From: the human T2T-CHM13v2.0 reference genome, Homo sapiens
Assembly: GCF_009914755.1 (NCBI RefSeq)
Contig: NC_060937.1
Direction: 5' to 3' (one strand)
Length of the DNA: 64,000 bases
Shown here: positions 50,342-64,000 of the stretch, one piece after another
Position numbering within the stretch: position 1 is the first letter of the stretch
Layout of the letters: each line of letters begins with the position of its first letter
The notes under the pieces: generated by a model
Seen by the model: only the letters and a program-made list of their open reading frames with translations
The model's database searches: none
What the model was told of the DNA's origin: nothing
Position numbers and translations under genes: made by a program

Positions 50342-50914
50342 GTCAGGACTTGAAGTCCTGTTTCATTATTTCATTCAAAGAAATTGATTGGCAATGGCCA
50401 GAGTTAAATTCAAAGGTGACATTAACACATTTCAGTGCCCAATAAGTGATTTTTCTGCTGGGTAGGAGTAGATACAGATGTGATCTCAGATACGTGAAGC
50501 TGCATACAGAGGGGCCCATCCACTCCTAAGCGGGTCTCCAGGAGGCTTGGTTTGATCTACTAGATTTGGTGCCTCTTAAAGGGAAGCAATACAGCTTTTC
50601 TGCTGTGGGTTGTTTGCCACTAGGGGAAGATTCATTTCTATTCCAGCCATAAATTAGACCAAAGAGAGGGATTTGGTTTATTGCTAGTGCAGAAGTTAAA
50701 AACCATCTTCCTTTCCTGAGTGGTCTCTTAATTAGATTCTTTAGTTTTTAAATGTTAACTGGAATTGCTGAAGTTTAATTCCTGAAAGGGTTTAGTTTTT
50801 AAAAGGAGTACCTCATTTACCATATTACTGTGTTCTGAGAAATCTACAGTAATTTTTGTGTAACTTTTTTATTCAAAGAATGGATTGTTAATTGTAAAGC
50901 CATTTAGAAAGGCG

Positions 50915-50920
50915 AATAAA
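50915..50920 (+). terminator. Candidate polyadenylation signal for the alternative terminal exon
   Basis: First canonical AATAAA I see after the stop at 50341, followed by TG/T-rich sequence (tgtttgtctt). Use is not demonstrated. Confidence 0.35.
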
Positions 50921-51277
50921 GTCAGATCTACTTTAATACATGTTTGTCTTACCAGCTTATTGATAAGCACTTTGTGGGATGTTTATGTGAGAACAGTTGA
51001 TTTTAATGAGAAAACAGATTTTCAGCTCCCATGTTCAGTGTTTTATGTGACAAAGTCATACACTGCAGCAACTAAGTAATACGAAGTGAGTACTTTAATT
51101 GAAACAATTAGAGTGACACAGGAGGCATTTTCTACTTGTGTAAACGCAAAGCTTAATTTTTAAAAAGCCTCCCCCAGTTTTCCTTCCTAAAGGAAGTGGA
51201 TGATCAAGCCTGAGCTAGATAGAATAGCAGATGTGTATTTCATTATTAATACAAGAGGAATCTTTTTGGGTTAATAG

Positions 51278-52024
<747 letters not shown>

Positions 52025-52436
52025 CCGAGATAAATTCTTAATTCTCATCTGTAGATCAGCAAAAATAAGCTTAGTCTTCTGATTCTTGTAACTTAAAAAA
52101 AAATTAGAGTCTATAGTTTTTGTCTAGGAAACATGGTTGTCAGTTTTCATTGTTAGAGTCTCAAAATAAGTGGTGTGTGTGTGCTTGCTTGTGTGCCTGT
52201 GTGTTTGTGAGTGTTGTGTGTGTGTGTTTACATACTATACTCCCTCCTTCTCCTCTGGGGATAATCTAAAAAGCTCAAAGTTCTTAGTCCTGGGTACTGA
52301 AACAATGCTATAAGGGAGGCATTTAGAAAAGCTTAATTTTAACCAGGTACTTACACCACAAACAGAATGACATCACTAAGCACACAGCACGTTAGTGAAC
52401 AGTGGCTTTGTCAGAGCTTTCTACCCAGAGCCCTGA

Positions 52437-53019
<583 letters not shown>

Positions 53020-54196
53020 TTAACTGCCCTTTAAGAAAGTCACACTAAGCTCTAAATGACCAGGCCGGGTCACTAACGCAGACAGACACCCCAGTATGAC
53101 TGGCTGGGCTATCCATCCCCGCAGCCCTGCTGGGGGAGTGGAGCTCACTGGGAGGACAGGTGGTGTGAAACAGAGAGAGCTATTTGAACTAACATGGGAG
53201 GAGGGAAGACGGAGAAGGATACAACAGACAGTGAGCTCAGGGCTCTGCTGGGATCCAGGGCAGGGGAGGAACCTTTCCCAGAGAAAGTTAGGAAGGTGAG
53301 CAAAGGTTGGTAGGTTGACCCCAGCTTCCACCTTCAACGGATTCCAGGCAGTTCACGAGGAGCCAGAGTGTAGATGATGCGGATTGGGAGCCGATAAGAA
53401 AGTCCAGGCAAACAGAAACAGAGAACAGGGGCAAGATGTCCGCAGCATCCAGAAGGAGGCCTCTTCACAAAGTGAATGCCACCAAGCCACGGATGTGGTC
53501 ATCAGCTTCCAGCGATCCTTGTGAAGAGCTGTGTATTGAATGCTGGACACTTGATCAGCAGTCGTATGATAAGAATAAACCAGTTCTCAGAAGAGTCGCA
53601 GATTCCTGACACTAAGACCAGAAACACATCTCTGCCAAGGGTCCAAGAAGGAAACAAATTTTATGAACAAAAACCTTCGCAGCCTCTCTCAGCATCAGAG
53701 AGGCGGGTACCTCGGACCTGTCTTCCCAAACAGGCCAATGGGTGCAATCCCGTCCAGCCCAGCAAACAGCAACTCTAATGAGAGAAATGGGCCAATGACA
53801 CCTCTGTCTAATATCTGGCATGAGTAAAGGATAGATTTTGCAGTACCTAGAAAAATAGTGAACCAGTTCTCTCTGAAATATTCTGTGATTTTTGAACTCT
53901 TTCTACTGTATTTGGGTGGAATGAGATTTAATAGTGGACTCAGGGACACTGAGGGTAGAGGGAGGGGTAAGGAGATACCTCCTAGCAGTGATGTGAGCTG
54001 TTTCTCCCCGGGTAGAGGGCTTCCCCAAGGTATTTTCCTGTGGCCATAGACATAATACAGTATCCTTTTATAGGATGGGATAGTGTCAGGAAACAAAATG
54101 TCTCATGTTTTAAGAAATCATGAGAAGCTTCAGAAATACTTTTGGATATTAATGTTAAATCTAGGATATGCTGAGTCCTTACCACACTGGATAACA

Positions 54197-54823
54197 CATT
54201 CTTCATGGATTCCGTATTTGTGAATCCACCTACTCCCTAAAATTTGTAGTCCCCAAATCAAGCTTGTGGTGCTTTCCTGGTCATTTGTGGACCTGCCCAG
54301 GATTACAGAAAAATGTGAGTTGCCCAATGTGCACATTCTCAGCTGAACTCAAATGAGGGTCTGCCTTCTTGTCTCAGCTCTCGCGCTGGAAACAGGTGCC
54401 TTTTTGATGATCTAGTTAGTGCCGTGATTTGTTTGCGTTTTCGTGCTTTTTGTTGGTGATTTCACTGTTTAAAATGGCTCTGAAGTGTAGTGCTAGAAGC
54501 ACTGTCCAGGGTTCCTGAGCGCAAGAAGGCTGAGAATGTGCCTTACAGAGAAAACGGGTGTTAGGGAAGCTTCATTTAGGCATAAGTTCTAGTGCTACTT
54601 ACTGGCCATTAATTCAACATTAATGAGTCAACAGTGTATATTAAGTAAAGTGTCTTTTAACAGAAACACACATTAAACAAATTTATATTGTTCAGTTGAT
54701 GAGAATATGACAGAAGATCTCAGAATCTAATCTTGTATTTCTCCTAGACGCAACAGTTCAGTGTTCCCTAGTTCAGTGGTGACCATGTAGAGTGCAACTA
54801 CAGCAAATAATGAGAATCGACTG
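54197..54823. mobile_element. MER82-like Tigger-family non-autonomous element
   Basis: End aataatgagaatcgactg|ta; internal tttttgttggtgatttcactgtttaaaatggc, gtgccttacagagaaaa, aacagaaacacac. Confidence 0.78.
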
Positions 54824-56071
54824 TATTTCAACTAAGTGAGCACCCATGGGTGCTCATTTAGACGAATAGGAATTTTCAGGTATCTTTTGTGATGCTTTAA
54901 TTGAATTATTTTACTGTTACAACTTTGCCTTTGGAAATATTGCAAGTATAGCTCCTTGTTAATGTACTTGGTGAACTTTTTTGGGAACATAAAATTTTTA
55001 ATGATACGATACTTCTTTTATGTGACATGGTAAGAACTTAAACTCTTGTAAGATAGACGCTTTTTTGCAAGAGTGTTACAGCCCATTATTGAGGGAAGAG
55101 GTCTGATTTTTGCTTGAGGAATACATCATTAAAAAGAACTTCTGGTCTGCTTACTGTTTTACTTTTTCCTTGTGGCAACAGAGATATTTTGGCAGAAGTC
55201 TTGTGTTTCCCCACCATGTTCTTCACCCAGCTAATGGCCCATTGATGACACAGAAATTGTTTGGCTATTGGAATGATTAATGTCACTCAGGCCTATGTCT
55301 CGGGGAGGCAGGAAGGTAACAAGATGTACATCTCCCAAAGAAATATCACACAGGCCTTGTGTTTACACCTGTCTTTGAGCATTATAGAAGAAAAAAGACA
55401 GACGGAAACCTGAGGCCATACCGTTTCTTAGTGATGGTTCCCCGTGGTGGTATTGACAACATGAAATTCCAGGGGCAAATGAACAGTCTGGTTACCCACC
55501 TCTCTCCCTTCAGTTACATATGCGATGTTTGACAGCTCCTTCCCCAAATTTCTTTTGGAAATCTTCAAAATTCATCAGGGTTTAGATTGTTGACCTGTTT
55601 TGAAAACCTAATTTTTAAGTTTTCAATCTTTTAAGCCTTGGAAAGGATAGGCATTTAATAAAAGAGAAAATAGATGATTTTATATGTATGAGAAAATACA
55701 TCGCTTTAAATTTACTCGTGAGATTCACCAATGATTTCTGAACACCAAACATTGGGGTGGCCCAGTGACTTAATCGGAGAAACACAGACACTTTGAAAAG
55801 AAATGTGGGATTTAAAAACCTGCAAAACTGAGTCTGTCATTCTTTAAAATGCCATCTCAAGTCACAAAATAATGATGTTAAAATCTGAAACCATATGTGT
55901 TTTGAATGGTTTAGGTTCTAAAGAAAGGTACAATAATGCCAGTCTTTTGGGTTGGTACATGATTTGTTTCTTTCTCACATAATCTGTCAAAACTTTAAAT
56001 TGTGAAATATGGCATATTTACAAAAGAGGCTATAAAAAGTGTAAGTATAGTTTAACAAATAAAAATATGAG

Positions 56072-56473
<402 letters not shown>

Positions 56474-57003
56474 TCATCTGCCTCTTTTTATAGTTTAACA
56501 CATGTGTGTAATTCTAAACCACTGCATGATTTGGTTTGTAAATTACTGGTTCAGTGCCTGTCTTCCCCACTTAGCTGTAAGGAGAGGGATTGTGTGGCCC
56601 CTGGTCTTTGATCTGTCCTAGGCTCGAGCACAGTGCTTGGCACATAGCAGGGACTTCATAGATGTTTATGAACTTGTGAATACATAAATATGTTTATTCT
56701 TAGAAAAATGACGATTTCTAATATATGAATAAGGCACATACATGTGTGTACATTTGAATCATAAAGAATATTAAATCTTATTGTTGAACCATGAAGTTAA
56801 GTGGACAGCTGTTAGAACTGGAAGACCTGGATGCCCATTTCTCAAAGAAAGAAATGAGGCTCAAACAGGTGCTTTGTCCAAGTTCATTCAGTTAGACGGT
56901 GGCTAAGGCGGGGCCACAGTTCATATCTTCTGCCTCCTTGTCTAGGATTCTAGGCCCTGTGCACTCTCAGGATGGTTTTATGCAAGAGATATAGACGACT
57001 TTA

Positions 57004-57779
<776 letters not shown>

Positions 57780-59109
57780 ATATATGTATTTAACAACAAT
57801 GTTAATAATATGTATTATATTAGCATATTAGGAGATTAGAGTTATAATGACTTTATTATCAGATGAATTTTTCAAAATGCCCATTTGCATTTTGACTGTT
57901 CAGACTTCCTGACTATTCAATGTGAGACTCATAAGACTAAAAGAAAATCAGTGCATGTGATGTGACTCAATAACTTTAAGACTTCAGCGTGGCTCTTGTC
58001 AGGTTCACATTCATGTTCTTGGGTAGGTTCAATAGAACGTTCATTACCTGCATATTTTCATTTATTAAAATTAAAACCGACCCCAACACAGAGTGAAGAT
58101 GACTTTTTCACATTACTTTGACTTGTACCTCAAAGACAAGCCAACAATGGCCCAGCTAATGGACAGGAGTGCCCTGGTGGCAGATGGTCTGGCTTGACCC
58201 TCATGGATGCTACCAAATGCTGAGATTTCCTCTCACAGGCTGCTGTAGAATGTGCCCTCCAAAATGCCAGGTATCTCTGTACTGTGTTCTTTAAACATTT
58301 ATTGAAGACCTTTGTCTTTAATACCCACCCACTTAGTTGCCTGTGCCTTCCCAGGACCTGAAATTGGATGTAAGTCAATGTCAAAGAAAGTGTCCAGTGT
58401 TGTTCTTTAAGGAAGATTATCTATTATCCTGCTCTAACATTCAAGTCAGCGACCCAGTGAGCCCCGGTGATCATGTATACTTCAGAGGAAAATATATCTG
58501 CCTCAGATTCTCAGGGTGTTATTTTTAGAAAAATACTTCCAAATTGTTTGACACCAACATTTTTCAACTTGATTTTGGCAAGCATAGGCCCCTGAGATTT
58601 TAAAGTAGCTTTTATCAAAACAAAACTAGCTACTTAGCTATGACTGCGTAGAATTCCAAAGGTTGGAGAGAACCTTGGTGGCACCCATACTCAAAGTAGG
58701 GAGTGTGGTGCATTAATAGCTGTATGTTGATTTAGTCTGCGACGAAAGCAATGTTCAAGCCAAGTTTGTCCAGCAAGGAAAAATGTTAAGTTTCTGATCT
58801 TTAAAAAGGGTGTTGAGGGAGATGAAAATTAATCTGAAGCATTAAGGAATGCTGTTAAATGCTTGTTGGCAAGTAGTCCTGAGTTTAGCCTTTTATTTCT
58901 CTTAACCCACTGCTGGGGCTGCAGAAGATGACGCCAGTGATTGGTAATAAAAGTCTCAGTAGCTGCCGTTGACTGAGTGCTGTTGCAGAGGATTTTCCTG
59001 ATGCTCTCGCAGGAAATGCCCATAGCAACCGCATGAGTCAGATATCCCAATCTGGCTTATCAGTGAAGAAACTGAGACTCAGATCAAAGACTTTGATGTG
59101 AGACAAAAA

Positions 59110-59235
59110 CTGGATTTGGACCCTGCCTGCCTCTGCCACTTTTAAACTATGGCCTGGGTTTCACCATTTGTGAAATGAGGATGATGATCTCCACCTCAAA
59201 AGGTGGTTGTGAGGATTAAGCGAGATGATGTATTT
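59110..59235 (+). mobile_element. MIR fragment
   Basis: gtttcaccatttgtgaaatgaggatgatga...ggttgtgaggattaag. Confidence 0.65.
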
Positions 59236-59924
59236 ATAACAACACATCACTTACAAAGTAGGAAGTGTAGACCGCCGTGGGCTTTGCTGCATTCATCCAA
59301 GGTCGCACCGCTAAGTCATCGTTGAGCTCGGTTTCCAGCCCAGATGTTTCCAGCCAGATGTGCCCTGCTCTTGGCCTTTTATTTTATAGTTGCTGCATCA
59401 GTTCATAGCAAACATTTCATGGAAACTGGGCCATGTGGTTAGTTTTAGGTTTGCTGTAATGAAGAGAGCCCTGGGTGGAGGCAGAATTTCTGGGTTTGAG
59501 GTCAGAATCCACTGTCTTGTTTGTGTGTGTATGACAGTTTTCATGCATGCTTTCCATGTGGGGTTTGGAACAAACTGATGGGCAGTTTTGGCTCTTCATA
59601 ACACAAAGTGGGGCTCATCGCATAGTTATATACAGCTTTGAAAATACCACTCTGTACTTCTGATGCATGTGATCATTTCAGGGTTCTGAGACCACCCCAA
59701 CTCATTTGCCCATCATTATGGGACCTCTGAGTTTCCGGGCAAAGTGATAATCTGAGCGGGCAGTCGGTAGTGTGTGGGTGTCCCTGAAAAGTACTAAGTG
59801 TTCTCCTCACTTGTTCCCAAATACTCATCTCATAATGATGCACTAATACATGCCATTATTGGTGTTTGTGTCATTTTTGGATTTTGAGGTTGAAGTTGAA
59901 GAGAGATGACAGTTTAATTCTTAG

Positions 59925-60115
59925 CTCCGCTCTTAAAAACTATGGGATTCTGAACAAATTTCTTAACTTTAGTGAGTGCCAGTTATATCATCTGTAAAGT
60001 GTGGATGAGAATAGTATCTCTCTCCTTGTGTGTTAATAATGGTGCCTGCAAAATGACTAGATAACACATGTAAAATGATCAGACAGTTTTGGGCATCTAG
60101 TAGGTGCTCAATAAA
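59925..60115 (+). mobile_element. MIR fragment
   Basis: cagttatatcatctgtaaagtg...tagtaggtgctcaataaa. Confidence 0.65.
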
Positions 60116-60849
60116 AAGTGGGTATTCTATCCCAGTGATCATGAGCACGAAGAATTGTGTCTGTTGTATTTGTGGAGAGTCTACTGATGAGAAGTGTATC
60201 CTTCTGCCTGTGTTGCTGTAGGTGCAGAATGTGATTTAAGCCAAATGCATGGCGGTGTAGCCTGGCCAGCTGTTTACACATTCAGATTCAGCCTCAGCAG
60301 AAATAGCCTAGCCATGAATTCACAAGAAACTGCTGAGAATTCAGGATCTGAGCTCACTGCTGGGATTAATTTCTTTTCAACAGACTGACTGTCTAGAGAA
60401 TGTCCATGATGCTATAAATGAAAACATATGTTAGTATAACCAATGGCAGTGGGGGAATGGGAAAGCAATGATGGGATATTCAGGAACCATTTCATGGAGA
60501 AGAACCACTAGCTTGGCTGTAGCTGGGGCAAAGAAAAAGACATATTTACTACAAGATCCTTTTGTGGCATCTTCCTTTTTTTTTTTTTAAAGGTTATTTT
60601 GCATTGAAAAACAAAGGAAGAATTTTTTACTTGTAGGAGCAATTTATGAAACAATGAACTTCCATAACCTGAGAATGTGGCTTCATTTGAGAAATGAGAT
60701 TTTGGGTAAAACAACAGTAGGGAGGGAGGTCTCTTTTTAGGGCCCCTTTGGCCACCTTCAGATAAGCTCAATGAATAGCCAAGACAAAAAAATTGTAGGC
60801 AGTGTTGTTAAACTGGCATTTTTCTTGTAAATGTAAAAGTGGTTGCTGT

Positions 60850-61197
<348 letters not shown>

Positions 61198-61619
61198 TTA
61201 AAATATTATGAAACAATGCTCTTTTTAATTGTATTTGCCTTCATGGGTTGGTTTTGAAAGATGTTAGTAATATGCATAAGATGGAAAATATATTTTGTTT
61301 GTCTTTTTTATAGTTCCCCTACCTAGCAGATTTAAAAATTAGCAAAGGCTAAGATCATACCTTCAACTTTCTTAATAAAACAGAGACCCTTTTGGAAATC
61401 TGATTCCTAGCTCATGACTGTGCTTGACCTTTGTGGATTTCTTGTACTGTATGTCAGGCAGAGCTCATGTGGGAAGTTCTCTTATGACTGCAAGAAAAGG
61501 AAGCGTAGTAGAAACATGTAGCTGGAACTGTAGGCCATTGTGTGCGCAGTCAGCCTCCCTTCCCAGCCCCCAGATCCAGAACAATCTGTCTGAACATTAG
61601 AAACACCAGTAAACGTTAA

Positions 61620-62528
<909 letters not shown>

Positions 62529-62568
62529 TAATAAAAAGAATGATAAATAATAACAATAATTTTCAAAG

Positions 62569-62580
62569 TATATATGTGGG

Positions 62581-62646
<66 letters not shown>
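62569..62646. repeat. Interrupted (TA)n microsatellite
   Basis: Directly visible. Confidence 0.95.
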
Positions 62647-62648
<2 letters not shown>

Positions 62649-63145
62649 GAAAGATTTCCCTTCTGAAGGAAAGTTTGGTTTTATTTATAATTATTTCAGT
62701 ATACATCTCTAAAAGATCAAGCGTTCTTCAACATAATCACTATTCCCTCGTCACACTTCAGATACTAAAATTTTCCAAATATCATTGAATACAAAGGAAA
62801 ACTTTGTGATTAAAAAACACAGCATTTTAATCAACTTAACTCAAGCATTTTTGGAGATGGACTCATCTGTGTATTTAAAACAACACTAGTCTTGGCAGTG
62901 TCAATAATCTGGTACGATGGAAATGTGTTCTGGAAGCTTTTGGACCTGGTAGGATTTTATGAAGGGAGAGAGGGAATGTGATAGGATTTGCTAATCTTTC
63001 TCACTGACACGTCTAATTTTGTCAAAAATACACATTCTTCTTTTCCTCGTCTGTTTTGTTACCTTCTCCTCATTCTGTACGCCCTTCTTTCTGCACTATC
63101 TATTATACATCTGTTTGAATCCCTCTTTAAGAAGTAGAACCCTGA

Positions 63146-63921
<776 letters not shown>

Positions 63922-64000
63922 TGTAATTTTTACTTGTCAATTTAAAAAGTAAACTTAAAGAAAAAACATAAATAGAACATGAGAAGGACAGGTCATGAAA

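Noticed and set aside
50615-50630. CTCF-like GCCACTAGGGGA
   Set aside because: Lacks the 3' GGC/CGC part of the motif; cannot be supported without a PWM score or ChIP data.
53290-53830. Purine-rich stretch suspected of being a processed pseudogene
   Set aside because: No recognisable protein, poly(A) tail or TSD.

Overview
Human (or great-ape) genomic DNA from the 5' part of FARP1 (13q32), transcribed on +. Almost all of the window is intron. It contains the first coding exon (18842-19035; ATG 18865; 57 codons) and an in-frame alternative terminal exon (50123-50341 plus UTR) that would give a 129-aa short isoform. Also present are the MIR3170 hairpin (14152-14228), a tailless 7SK retropseudogene with an internal duplication (9539-9808, minus), about 45 Alu segments, two THE1B-like solo LTRs, MLT1 LTRs, Tigger1/Tigger2/MER82/MER1B/MER5A DNA-transposon relics, L1/L2/MIR fragments and microsatellites. 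Nearly all ORFs in the supplied track are Alu, repeat or chance ORFs. I found no convincing new multi-gene system. The most notable structures are a local ~270-bp direct duplication, an Alu whose poly(A) tail is replaced by a G4-capable minisatellite, same-site serial Alu insertions whose order can be read from the TSDs, and a nested Tigger2/Alu/THE1 stack. Gene and repeat names come from recalled sequences, not a database search. Repeat boundaries are approximate unless a TSD or TIR is quoted.
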